This document shows, piece by piece, positions 10,586 to 20,285 of a stretch of DNA of 64,000 nt; the first letter of the stretch is position 1; each line of letters opens with the position of its first letter. The notes beneath the pieces are model-generated. The model did not search any database. It saw only the letters and a program-made list of their open reading frames with translations, and was not told the origin of the DNA. The translations under genes and the position numbers were made by a program. Source of the DNA: an uncultured Armatimonadia bacterium (GTDB lineage Bacteria; Armatimonadota; Zipacnadia; CAVVLO01); NCBI GenBank assembly GCA_963749155.1, contig CAVVLO010000001.1, positions 576,001-640,000 on the forward strand. The letters are read 5' to 3'.

Positions 10586-11662
10586 TCGCCCGATATGGCC
10601 GAGTGAGTCTTCCTCCGAGCCAGAGCTTGCTTGTAAAGCCAGTATGAGAACCCCTTGAGTATCTTGTCGCGCTCTCCGAGATAGGTCAGGAACTTCGCCC
10701 CGAAGCCTTCTTTGAAGCGATTCAGGCCTGCCAGCGGGTCATCATCGGCGGGTTCTGGTTGCTGAGAGACCCCCCGGAAGTTGTATAAAGTAGACCCGGC
10801 GTCTTTGGCAGCCTCGATCAGCTGCCATTGCATCAGATGGTTGGGCATCAGATTGCGCGAGTCATTGGCCGAGGCGCCGTAGAGATACCAGGTTTGGTCG
10901 CCAAATACCACTGAGAGCGCCCCTGCGAGGAGTTGTCCCTCAAATTCGGTCAGCCAGAGGGTCGCGCGTCCAGGCTTCACCAGCAGTTCGAAAAAAGAAT
11001 CGAAATAACTTTTCGCACGGACGCCAAAACTGTCGCGCTGGGCGGTGATGCGGAGCAATTCGTAGAAACGACCCATATCCGACTCGGCAAGAGAAGTCCG
11101 TACTTCGACCCCCTTTACGCTGGGCAAGTCGTATGTTGTAACGCCATTTGGGCTTGCACCCGGCAAGCAGGTCGTCAAGAGAGGGCTCAAGGGGCAGCAC
11201 CATAACCGAGCGCGGTTGCAATCCGCCGAAGCCGGTGGGGAAGGAAACATCTTTCCAGGCACTTGCCTCCAGAGCAAGCCTGGCAGTTTCTGCGGCCGGA
11301 TCGTCCAGAGGCACCTCAGGATCGGTCTTGAGCAGGAAGGCTTTCTCGCGCCGGGCGATGAGTTCGAGCCCCGAGAGCAACGCGGCGGCTTCAGCGCCAT
11401 CGCCCCAGTTGCCGCAAGGCCCGCCAGGACAGTAGGCGATGGTGTGGCCGAATCGCGAAAGAGCGCGTAGCAATAAGGTCGCCGCTGCGCAAGGCGTCTC
11501 GTCTCTCACCAGCAGGAAGCGCTCTGCGCGCCAGCCAGTGGTGGACTTTAGCTCTCCCCATTCCCAGGATTGCAGGAAACTCGCCCACGGACTGGCCTGG
11601 GCAACGCGGTTATATTCCTCCCGCGAGGCCGCAGGGCGCAGGCTGTAAGGCGCCGCCAGCAT
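10582..11662 (-). CDS. FemABX-family peptidyltransferase, split by a +1 frameshift at ~11109-11116
   Basis: FLQSWEWGELK and KWRYNIRLAQRKG in one frame continue as GVEV...YLYGAS...PNHLMQW...GLNRFKEGFG in another; the switch lies in the run AAAGGGGG on the minus strand. Confidence 0.88.
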
Positions 11663-13911
11663 CACTCGGTAGTTTCCTCCGGCAGGGGCTCTTTATACCC
11701 GCAGGGCTTGCTTGAACAGGCGAGCAAAACGCCAGTCTTGGTGATTTTCTTGCCCATCAGCGAGCCACATTCGGGACAGCGTTTCTCGGTTGGCTCATCC
11801 CACATCGCAAAATCGCAGTCAGGGTATTTGCTGCAACCCCAAAACACTTTGCCCTTGCGGCTTGTGCGCTTTATCAGCGCGCCCTCGCACCCCTCGCGAG
11901 GACAGGGGATGCCAGTATCGACCTGCTCCTTGGCCTGCTTCAATATAAATTTACACTCGGGATAGTTGGAACAGGCGACGAAAGGCCCGTAGCGCCCGCG
12001 TTTACGCACCAGGTTCGCGCCGCACTGGGGGCAAACGCCCAAGGCTTCAGGTTGCTCAGCTTCCCCTTCCGCCTCGTCAAGGTTCTCGGTGTAGCGACAT
12101 TCAGGATAATTCGAGCAAGAGAGGAACTTCCCATATCTCCCGGCTCGAATCACCAGTTCCTTGCCGCACTGGGGGCAAGGTTTACCGGTCGGTTCAGGGG
12201 CTGCTTTGGTGCGCTCCATATTCTCATGGGCCGCATCCAGAGCTTTACTGAAGTCCTCCCAGAAATTTTGCACCAGCTTGAGCCAGTCCTCGGAGCCTTC
12301 CTCCACATCGTCCAGCTTGTGCTCAAGGGCGGCGGTAAAATCGTAATCCATAATGTTGGCGAAATGCTTCTCGAGCTGCTCGGTTACTTCGCGTCCAAGC
12401 GGGGTAGGCAGCAATTGGCGCTTCTCCCGGGCAACATATTCACGTTCCTGGATGGTATCCAGAATTGGCGCATAGGTGCTGGGACGGCCTATGCCGCGCT
12501 CCTCAAGGGCTCTGACAAGCGTGCCTTCGCTATAGCGGGCCGGCGGCTTGGTGAAATGCTGGTCACCATGAAGCTTCTTAAGGTTAAGTGGTTGTTCAGC
12601 CGCAAGTGGAGGTAGCGGTTGCTCGACAGGCTTCTCCTCACCGTTTTCCAGTTCCTGTTCCTGATACACCTGGGTAAATCCAGCGAAGGTCAGTTTCGAT
12701 GCGGTGGCGCGGAAAATCGCGCGCTTGCCCGCGGCAACATCGACCGTGGTGACTTCGCTAACGGAAGGGGCCATCTGGCTGGCCAGGAAACGCTGCCAGA
12801 TCAGCTCGTAAAGCTTGGCTTCGTCTTCTTTGAGGTAGGGCTGCAGCTTCTCGGGCGTATTGGTTACATCCGAGGGCCGGATTGCCTCGTGGGCGTCCTG
12901 AGCGCCAGCGGCCTGCTTGCCGCGCGCGCCTGGCCCGACGAACTGCTTGCCAAAAGTTGCTTCAATATAACTTGTGGCTGCCTCTTTGGCTTCGTTTGAT
13001 ATGCGAGTCGAATCGGTACGCATATAAGTGATAAGTCCGGCAGTGCCGTCGGGCAAATCCACACCCTCGTAGAGGCGCTGGGCGACGGCCATAGTGCGAC
13101 GCGGGCTCCAGCCAAAAGCGCGGCCTGCCTGTTGCTGAAGGGTACTGGTGATGAAAGGCGGGGCTGGAGTACGTTTCTTGCTGGATACTTTGACCGATTT
13201 CACTGCATACGGCGCCTCTGAAAGCTCCTTCTGCAAGGCGCCCGCTTCATCGGTGGTGCCAACTACCGCCTTCTTGCCGTCCAGCAGAGCAAGCTCTGCC
13301 TCGAACTCTTGCCCCTTCTCGGTAGCGAGCAGGGCGTGGAGGCTCCAATATTCGACAGGGACGAAATTCTCTATCTCTTTTTCGCGATCAACGACCAGCC
13401 TGACCGCTACCGACTGGACTCGACCCGCGCTCAGATTGGCTTTGATTTTACGCCAAAGCAGAGGGCTAAGCTGATAGCCCACAAGGCGATCCAGTACGCG
13501 CCGAGCCTGCTGGGCATCAACAAGGGGCTGGTGCAGCGGGCGGGGATTCTCAAGAGCCTGCTTGATAGCAGTCTCGGTTATCTCATTGAAATCAAGTTTA
13601 AGAGGAGCTTTGATGCGCAGCGCCTTGGCCAGATGCCAGGCAATGGCTTCTCCTTCGCGGTCAGGGTCGGAAGCAAAATAGACCTGGTCGGCTTTCTCGG
13701 CGGCTTTCTTAAGCTTCTCGACTACTTTCTTTTTGTCGTCCATCACAACATAGCGAGGGGTGAAATCGCCATTGACCTGCACACCGAGACGGTTCTTGGG
13801 CAAATCCCGGACATGACCCATACTGGCCTGGACATCGTAATCCTTACCCAGGAACCGTTTGATGGTCTTGGTTTTGGCTGGTGACTCTACAATAATCAAG
13901 CCTTTGGGCAT
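11662..13911 (-). CDS. topA: DNA topoisomerase I with C-terminal zinc ribbons
   Basis: LIIVESPAK, DPDREGEAI, SAGRVQS, ITYMRTDS and GIGRPSTY motifs, repeated CPxCG units; ATG at 13911 after GAGGAG. Confidence 0.98.
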   Translation of the reverse strand: MPKGLIIVESPAKTKTIKRFLGKDYDVQASMGHVRDLPKNRLGVQVNGDFTPRYVVMDDKKKVVEKLKKAAEKADQVYFASDPDREGEAIAWHLAKALRIKAPLKLDFNEITETAIKQALENPRPLHQPLVDAQQARRVLDRLVGYQLSPLLWRKIKANLSAGRVQSVAVRLVVDREKEIENFVPVEYWSLHALLATEKGQEFEAELALLDGKKAVVGTTDEAGALQKELSEAPYAVKSVKVSSKKRTPAPPFITSTLQQQAGRAFGWSPRRTMAVAQRLYEGVDLPDGTAGLITYMRTDSTRISNEAKEAATSYIEATFGKQFVGPGARGKQAAGAQDAHEAIRPSDVTNTPEKLQPYLKEDEAKLYELIWQRFLASQMAPSVSEVTTVDVAAGKRAIFRATASKLTFAGFTQVYQEQELENGEEKPVEQPLPPLAAEQPLNLKKLHGDQHFTKPPARYSEGTLVRALEERGIGRPSTYAPILDTIQEREYVAREKRQLLPTPLGREVTEQLEKHFANIMDYDFTAALEHKLDDVEEGSEDWLKLVQNFWEDFSKALDAAHENMERTKAAPEPTGKPCPQCGKELVIRAGRYGKFLSCSNYPECRYTENLDEAEGEAEQPEALGVCPQCGANLVRKRGRYGPFVACSNYPECKFILKQAKEQVDTGIPCPREGCEGALIKRTSRKGKVFWGCSKYPDCDFAMWDEPTEKRCPECGSLMGKKITKTGVLLACSSKPCGYKEPLPEETTE

Positions 13912-13947
13912 CAGCAACTCCTCTTGCTCGCTAGGACTAATCGGGGC

Positions 13948-13977
13948 ATTGTAAACATACCAAGAAAATATGCGCAA
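13948..13977 (-). promoter_or_regulatory. Candidate sigma70 promoter for topA
   Basis: Minus strand TTGCGC-N18-TACAAT. Confidence 0.45.
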
Positions 13978-14029
13978 GGGGAAAGGAGTTTCGAAGGGGG
14001 CCGCGAACCTCATAACGACGCGGCTCAGG

Positions 14030-14058
14030 TTGACCACAAGGCATATGCGTGGTAAAGT
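14030..14058 (+). promoter_or_regulatory. Candidate sigma70 promoter for the LysM gene
   Basis: TTGACC-N17-TAAAGT with an extended -10 TG. Confidence 0.55.
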
Positions 14059-14133
14059 TCTACCAGGTTTGAGCAAGTCGTCGTTATTGTTGTTTTCTAT
14101 ACAGTTTGCCTGCTATTCGAGGGGGGAGGCCCG

Positions 14134-15960
14134 ATGATGCCTGCTCACCGTAAGCTAAGGTCGGCAGTGGTATGGATGGGACTACTGGCGTTCTGGCTGG
14201 TATTGTCCTGGCAGTGCGCTTTTGCTGCTCCAACCGATCCGGAAGTAATTTTCACCTCGCCCACAATGGGAGCAACCGTCTCAGGCAGCAATGTGCTGGT
14301 TCAGATTAGTTACAAGAGCCGCACCAATCTGCCTATCGAACACCTTGAGGTGTACGTGGACGGCGCTATCCAGCTTGGGCAGGATTTATCTCAACCCAAG
14401 CTCGAGGGGACCGCGGCCTTCTACTGGAACACAGTGGGACTGGCCAATGCGATGCACGCGCTCAGCGCCAAAGTGTACGATGGGGCCAACAACCTGGGTG
14501 TTGCTACTTTGCAGGTCTATGTTGCCAACTCGGCCGCGGATATGCTGGCGCCTAGCGTGGCTCTGTACGAGCCTGCTCCCAATTCAATCGTGTCGGGCAA
14601 GGTAAATGTCGGCGTCGAGGCCTCTGACGATACCGGCATCAAGTATGTGCTGGTTTACGTCAACGACAAGCTTGAGTTCCTGAAGAACTACAAGCCCTAT
14701 ACCCATGTCTGGGACACCTCCGAACTTGCCAATGGCGAGTATGTGCTGGTCGCCGAAGCTTATGACACCAGCGAAAACAAGACCACTTCGCCTGAAGTGC
14801 GCGTAATCGTAAACAACCCCGGCGGCGAGACAGTGATGCCGGTTGCTTCAGTAATGACCCCTGGCACTGCAGCCGCCTCTGGAATCGATTATGCCCTGGC
14901 GCCTTCGATGAGCGCGGGGCTGGGACCCCAGCCAGGCGCACTGACTCCGGCGCCTGTGGAAATGCCGCTTCCAGCGGTAGAGACTTCGCCTTCGGCTGTA
15001 AGCGCGACTTCGACAGCTACCGCGCAGCCTGCCGCGCCAACACTTGAGATACCCGATGTGGTCATCGCTTCGGTCGCCAAGCCGACCGCAGTGCCACTTT
15101 CCTCAGACCCAAGCCTGGATGGCGCCCCGAGCGTACCCCAGCTTGCGCCTTCCAGCATCGAAGTCGTCACGAAGACGATGAGTGGCTCGGACCAGGAAGC
15201 TGTCAGCACCGCCAAGCAGCAAGGGGCGGCTGCCGCAGTCATCACTCCGACAAGTCAGACGGTCACCGCCGACAACGCGGATGGCGTGATCTCGGCCACA
15301 GGTTCGACTTCCTCAACCGGTGAAGTGCTGGTCGCTGTAAGGCCATCGGTGGAGACCAAGCCCGCCTCGGCCATCACGCGGCCTGGCACGAAGCCAGCAG
15401 GGGGCGCTACGGTAGCGCTGCAGCACAAGACTGGCGCGCAGCCCGTTGCCGCTGACCTGGCCCGCACCCATCTCGTGCAGCGGGGAGAGACGTTGTATGG
15501 CATCTCCACGCGTTATGGGTACAGCGTGAGCGAAGTTGCCAGGCTTAACCATCTAAGCCCGAATACCAAGCTGAAGACTGGCGCGAATCTGGTCATCCCG
15601 CCCGCGAGGCACAAAGTGTTCTTCAAGGGCGACGCCATCAGCTTCGACGTGGATCCAGTAGTGACAGATCCGGGCATCTCGCTTGCGCCTTTCCGCCAGA
15701 TCTTCGAGCATTACGGGGGCGTGCTGTTCTGGTTCCCCGACGAGAAGCGCGTACAGGCAGTGGCCGAGGACAAGCAGATCGAGCTGACAATCGGTAGCCG
15801 CAAGGCGACTGTCAATGACCAGGAGCTATTGCTTCAGGTGGCGGCGTTCATCAAGGAAGGCCGCACGATGGTGCCGCTGAGGTTTGTCGGCGAGGCGCTG
15901 GATGTCACCGTCCAGTTTGACGCCGAGAGTGGCAACGTTTATCTGAAAGCCAACCAGTAG
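14134..15960 (+). CDS. Secreted protein: two Ig-like domains, P/S/T/A-rich linker, LysM, copper-amine-oxidase N-terminal (stalk) domain
   Basis: Signal peptide; two WNT/WDT..LANG..L.A..YD Ig-like repeats; HLVQRGETLYGIS LysM; GRTMVPLRFVGEAL stalk motif. Confidence 0.85.
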   Translation: MMPAHRKLRSAVVWMGLLAFWLVLSWQCAFAAPTDPEVIFTSPTMGATVSGSNVLVQISYKSRTNLPIEHLEVYVDGAIQLGQDLSQPKLEGTAAFYWNTVGLANAMHALSAKVYDGANNLGVATLQVYVANSAADMLAPSVALYEPAPNSIVSGKVNVGVEASDDTGIKYVLVYVNDKLEFLKNYKPYTHVWDTSELANGEYVLVAEAYDTSENKTTSPEVRVIVNNPGGETVMPVASVMTPGTAAASGIDYALAPSMSAGLGPQPGALTPAPVEMPLPAVETSPSAVSATSTATAQPAAPTLEIPDVVIASVAKPTAVPLSSDPSLDGAPSVPQLAPSSIEVVTKTMSGSDQEAVSTAKQQGAAAAVITPTSQTVTADNADGVISATGSTSSTGEVLVAVRPSVETKPASAITRPGTKPAGGATVALQHKTGAQPVAADLARTHLVQRGETLYGISTRYGYSVSEVARLNHLSPNTKLKTGANLVIPPARHKVFFKGDAISFDVDPVVTDPGISLAPFRQIFEHYGGVLFWFPDEKRVQAVAEDKQIELTIGSRKATVNDQELLLQVAAFIKEGRTMVPLRFVGEALDVTVQFDAESGNVYLKANQ

Positions 15961-15982
15961 GCTCCTCTGGCAAGTTGAACCG

Positions 15983-16015
15983 ACGGCCCGGAGCCCAGGC
16001 TCCGGGCCGTTTTAT
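15983..16015 (+). terminator. Intrinsic terminator
   Basis: ACGGCCCGGAGC / GCTCCGGGCCGT 12-bp stem followed by TTTAT. Confidence 0.85.
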
Positions 16016-16062
16016 TAGGTATGGTCCGGCAAGGCGAGGCACTGGCCAAAGGGCGCGGCAAG

Positions 16063-16091
16063 TTGACTTGCGCTTGCCTCGCAAGTATCAT
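16063..16091 (+). promoter_or_regulatory. Candidate sigma70 promoter
   Basis: TTGACT-N17-TATCAT, 40 nt upstream of ATG 16132. Confidence 0.6.
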
Positions 16092-16131
16092 AGGCCGATG
16101 TTTCGCCAGCCCCAGCTTCGGAGGATTCCCG

Positions 16132-16986
16132 ATGTTTACCCTGGGCATAATCAACGATGAACTGTCGCAAGATCTGGAATATACCGCAGAGGCCCTCGAG
16201 GCCCACGGGGTAGGTTTCATCGAACTGCGCAGCCTGTGGGGCAAGAGCATCGTCGACCTTGATGAACGCGAGGTCGAACGAGCCCGCCAGGTGCTGGCAG
16301 CCCACAAGCTGACAGTAACCTCGATTGCCTCACCTGTATTGAAATGCAAGCTGCATCCTGACAAGAAAGCAGCGCATGGCGATGTCTTTCAGAAAGATAT
16401 ATCGGACTATGAGAAGCACCTGGGAGTCTTCGCAGCGGCTATCCGCATGGCCAAAGCCTTCGAGACGCCTGTCATACGGGGATTTGCCTTCTGGCGAGAG
16501 GGCGATCTGGCGCCTGTGCTGGACGAGATAGCCCAGAAGCTTGAACCCTTCCTCCAGATGGCGGCGGACGAAGAGGTGCTTTTTGCTTTGGAAAACGAAC
16601 ACGCTTGCGCCGTTGGCTCAGGCAGCGAGACCCGGATGCTTTTGGACAAGCTGCCTCACCCAAATCTTAAAGTCGTGTGGGATCCTGGCAACGCGGCTCT
16701 GCTCGAGCAGGAGCCTTCCTTCCCAGAGGGTTATGAACTGGTCAAAGATCAGATGGTGCATATGCACCTCAAAGACCCAAAGAAGGATGCCACTGGAAAG
16801 TGGCGCTTCACTTTGATTGGCGAAGGCGTCATTGGTTATAGGGACCACTTTGTTCAGTTGATAAAAGACGGGTACGAGGGCAATGTAAGCCTCGAGACCC
16901 ACTTCAAGATCGAAGGCGAGAAGCCCGAACAGGGCACCCTTAATTGTATCAAGGCGACCCAGCGGCTTATGGCTGAACTGGGCTAG
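16132..16986 (+). CDS. Sugar phosphate isomerase/epimerase (xylose-isomerase-like TIM barrel)
   Basis: LENE, WDPGN, HMHLKD and SLETH metal motifs; ATG after GGAGG. Confidence 0.88.
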   Translation: MFTLGIINDELSQDLEYTAEALEAHGVGFIELRSLWGKSIVDLDEREVERARQVLAAHKLTVTSIASPVLKCKLHPDKKAAHGDVFQKDISDYEKHLGVFAAAIRMAKAFETPVIRGFAFWREGDLAPVLDEIAQKLEPFLQMAADEEVLFALENEHACAVGSGSETRMLLDKLPHPNLKVVWDPGNAALLEQEPSFPEGYELVKDQMVHMHLKDPKKDATGKWRFTLIGEGVIGYRDHFVQLIKDGYEGNVSLETHFKIEGEKPEQGTLNCIKATQRLMAELG

Positions 16987-17017
16987 GACGCTTTATCCGG
17001 CAGGAGGCAGTTCAGAG

Positions 17018-18523
17018 ATGTCGTTGCTCACAATGCGCGATTCGATGAAACACTGGCTTAAATGGGGCATCATTGCCTTTTTGGTTATCTTCACTATTTC
17101 CATCTTCTTCGGTTATATGAGCTATGACCTGAAATCAGGCGGAAGCTCACTGCCCAAGAATATGGTCGAAGTAAACGGAGTCGAGCTTTCGCGAGAGAGC
17201 TGGATGCAAGCGGTAGCAGCCAAGGAAGAACAATACGACCAGAAGATGCGTTACAGCGGCGGCGCCCCGATGCTGAACAAGGTGCCGGACATCTGGCTGC
17301 AAACACTGGACGAGTTCGCTGAAGGGGTTGCGCTTGACCAGGCTATCAAAGAGCGCAAGCTGAAGGTCAGCAAGGACGAACTCGAAGCCGAACTGACCAA
17401 GCAGGTTGAGGACACCATCCAGGCCAGATGGCCAGAGCCGACCAAACTGCGCCAATATCTCGTCAGGAAAGGTATGGACGAGAAGAAGCTGCGCAAGGAG
17501 CTACGCGCGGCTATCAGCCCCGAGATGCTGAAGCAGCAGATGCTAATGGAAAAGCTAAGGGCTGAAGTAACTGCCGAATCGTCTCCTACCGAAGCCGATT
17601 TGAAAGCCAGTTACGACACCGCCACCGTGCTTTACATACGCATTCCGGGCGAGGGACAACCTAACGCGCCCGAGGGTGTTACCCCAGAAGCGGTCCAGAA
17701 GAAGGTAGACGCGGTGCAGGCAGGACTTGCCGCCAAGAAACCTTTCGAAGCGCTTGCCAAAGAGTATTCCGCAGATCCACCCAGTCCAGTGCCTTTCAAG
17801 CGCGGGCAGACCATCCCCGAGTTTGACAAGGCGGTCTTCGCGGCCAAGCCGGGCGAGGTTGGCGGCCCCCTGGATACCAAATTCGGCAAGTTCTTCTACA
17901 AGCTGATAAGCATCAAATCCGAGATCCCGAAAGATTTTGAGACGAATAAGGCCCAGTTGCTTTCGCAGTATGCCGAAGAGCAGAAGACCAAGGCCTGGGA
18001 CTTGTTCAGCGCCGAGGTAAAGGACAAGGCCGAGGTAAAGATTGAAGATCCCTTGCTTGCAGGTTTCAGGGCTATCTCCAAACAAGATATGACCAATGCC
18101 AAGTTGCACTTCGAAAAGGCGGCTGAAGTTTATGCGCAATGGCCGACCTATGAGGCTGTCGCTACTGGCTGGCTTGGGCGAATTGCGGAGCTGGCTTTCG
18201 ACTGGCAGACCGCGGTCAAGTATTACCAGCAAGCTGTAGAGGCAGGGGGAGACGCTACTCTCTACATCCAGCTTGGGCTTGCCTTACTGGAAACGGGTGA
18301 CAAGAAAGGGGCGAAAGATGCCTTCGTCACCGCTTCGGAGCTAGGCACTACCGAACCCAACCTCCATATGCAGCTTGCGGGTATCTACCGAGATAAACTG
18401 AAGGATGAGGCCGCGGCCAAACAGGAAGACAAGCTGGCCGAGAAAGCTTTTGACGAGCTGTTCGGCACGCCTGAGACTGCTACACCTGCTCCAGCTCCAG
18501 CGGGTAAGCCAGCCCCGCAGTAG
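17018..18523 (+). CDS. Membrane-anchored SurA/PpiD-like parvulin chaperone with C-terminal TPR
   Basis: N-terminal TM helix, SurA-N-like helical region, FEALAKEYS and PEFDKAVF parvulin motifs, TPR-like helices (AVKYYQQAVE). Confidence 0.8.
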   Translation: MSLLTMRDSMKHWLKWGIIAFLVIFTISIFFGYMSYDLKSGGSSLPKNMVEVNGVELSRESWMQAVAAKEEQYDQKMRYSGGAPMLNKVPDIWLQTLDEFAEGVALDQAIKERKLKVSKDELEAELTKQVEDTIQARWPEPTKLRQYLVRKGMDEKKLRKELRAAISPEMLKQQMLMEKLRAEVTAESSPTEADLKASYDTATVLYIRIPGEGQPNAPEGVTPEAVQKKVDAVQAGLAAKKPFEALAKEYSADPPSPVPFKRGQTIPEFDKAVFAAKPGEVGGPLDTKFGKFFYKLISIKSEIPKDFETNKAQLLSQYAEEQKTKAWDLFSAEVKDKAEVKIEDPLLAGFRAISKQDMTNAKLHFEKAAEVYAQWPTYEAVATGWLGRIAELAFDWQTAVKYYQQAVEAGGDATLYIQLGLALLETGDKKGAKDAFVTASELGTTEPNLHMQLAGIYRDKLKDEAAAKQEDKLAEKAFDELFGTPETATPAPAPAGKPAPQ

Positions 18524-18546
18524 GTCCCAGGCTCGGGAGGTGCGGT

Positions 18547-20098
18547 TTGTCCCGGCAGAATACGAGAGAACAAGAAGCCCTGGTCGGTGATCGAGCCGGC
18601 CAGGGCTTGCTAGTTTGGGCAGTCGTCGGCTGCTGGCTGGCGCTGGCAGTTTTGATATTGCTTGTCAGGCAGTTTCCTGCTGACTATTATTACCACCTCC
18701 GACTAGGGCAACTTGTCTGGGAAGAGCATCGCATCCCTACTCGAGATATCTTCTCCTACACCGCGGCAGGTTATCCCGCTTATCCTCATGAGTGGCTGGC
18801 AGACGTGGCGATGTACCTGCTCAACAGCAAGAGCCATCTGTTGCTGTTTGTGCTGCTGAAGCTGGTGGCGCCTTTGGTGGCGCTTGCACTGGTCGCCTGG
18901 CAGAGTTACAAGCGCTGTGGCTCCTGGGTGGCCGTCACGGCGGCTGGACTGGTAGCGCTTTTGCTGCTGCGCTCTCACGCCGATGTGCGCCCTCTTACGC
19001 TCTCCTGGATACTCATCGCACTTTTCTACTGGGTTTTAATGGGGGGAGAGAAACCATCTCGCTGGCTCTGGGTCTTGCCTCCGCTGGCGTTGCTGTGGGC
19101 GAATCTCCACGGGTCGGCGCCGATGGGACTGGCGCTCGTTCGGGCTGGCTTTCCTGGTTGCCCTCTGGCGATACAGTCAGGCTCGCCACCAGAGCGAAGA
19201 AGCTGCTGCTCAGTATTTATCTGGGTTGAAGCAACTTGCTTTGGCAGGCTTTGCGACTGCGGCCTGCCTTTCGATAAATCCCCAGGGGCCCGGCATCTTG
19301 CTGTATCCACTCAAGATATCAGGCAACCGGGAGGCGATGGATTTTATCCTGGAGTGGCAATCGCCAAATTTCCACGATGCGGCTACCCGGCCTTTACTGG
19401 CAGGCCTTTTACTCACACTAGTGACTTTCGCCTTCGCGCGCAAAAGGCCCCAGGAGTATCTGCTTGCGCCGTTGCTCCTGGTAATGGTGCTTAGCTCTCA
19501 GAGGCATGGCCCTCTGATGGGACTGCTGCTGGCGCCAATGTGGGCGGAGGGGCTTGTTGCAATCTGGAATCAGTCTAGTGGCGCGCTTGGTCCAGCCCAG
19601 CAGAAGCGGCTGCTGACCTGGCTAATGATCGCTTTGCTGGTTTGCGGGGGGGCGCTTGCTTACAAACTGGATGCCTGGTTGCTGGAGACGCCAGCCAAGC
19701 AGGAGGCGCTAGAGTGCCAGGAGTTGTTTCCCGTGCAGGCTTGCGACTGGCTGGCCAAGGTAAAACTGCCTGGCAATGGCTTCAATATGTATCATTGGGG
19801 TGGTTATGTCATCTACAGGCTGTGGCCCGAGGTGCGAGTCTTCGTTGATGGGCGGGCCGATGTCTTCTACACCACCTCGATGAAGGATTATATAGCAATC
19901 CACAAAGGCGCCTGTTATTGGCAAAGCTCACTGGACAAGTGGGAAGTGGACTGGGCGCTACTTGAAAACTACCATGTGCCAGTCACCTTGATGGAGCTGA
20001 GTCCGACCTGGCGGCGAGTGTATTTCGATGGGCTTGCGGTCATCTACGTGAGGAGTGGGTCACCGGCAGACCTGGCAGCCAGCCGGGCCGGTTACTAA
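18547..20098 (+). CDS. Polytopic membrane protein, probable GT-C glycosyltransferase-like, +1 frameshift at ~19138
   Basis: DYYYHLRLG, D.FSYT, HEWL and LWANLHG in frame 1; frame 2 continues from 19139 (FGLAFLVALW...INPQG...EWQSP...WGGYVI...FVDGRAD). Confidence 0.65.
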
Positions 20099-20125
20099 AA
20101 AAGCCGCTCCCGAGGGAGCGGCTTC
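20096..20125 (-). terminator. Terminator hairpin between convergent units
   Basis: AAGCCGCTCCC / GGGAGCGGCTT stem; the flanking A run gives a U tail for the tRNA transcript. Confidence 0.85.
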
Positions 20126-20136
20126 ATTGGCTTGGA

Positions 20137-20214
20137 TGGCGAGCCCGAGGGGACTTGAACCCACGACCTCCAGGTTGACAGCCTGGCGCTCTAACCAAAC
20201 TGAGCTACGGGCCC
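20137..20214 (-). tRNA. tRNA-Asp (GTC)
   Basis: GGGCCCG acceptor, anticodon arm CCAGG-CTGTCAA-CCTGG, GGTTCAAGTCC T arm, encoded CCA. Confidence 0.96.
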
Positions 20215-20225
20215 GCGCGCCGAAA

Positions 20226-20254
20226 AATATAACAGATGGCGCGGGGCTTGTAAA
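20226..20254 (-). promoter_or_regulatory. Candidate tRNA-Asp promoter
   Basis: Minus strand TTTACA-N17-TATATT with an extended -10 TG. Confidence 0.55.
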
Positions 20255-20285
20255 GGGCCTCCGGAGCGCCAAAGCAAGATTCGTA

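Noticed and set aside
11105..11120. Programmed frameshift at AAAGGGGG in the femX-like gene
   Set aside because: The required shift is +1, I saw no stimulatory element, and four other unrelated +1 shifts point to sequence error.
20137..20214. tRNA-anchored genomic island (also at tRNA-Pro 63074-63150)
   Set aside because: No integrase and no duplicated tRNA 3' end seen.
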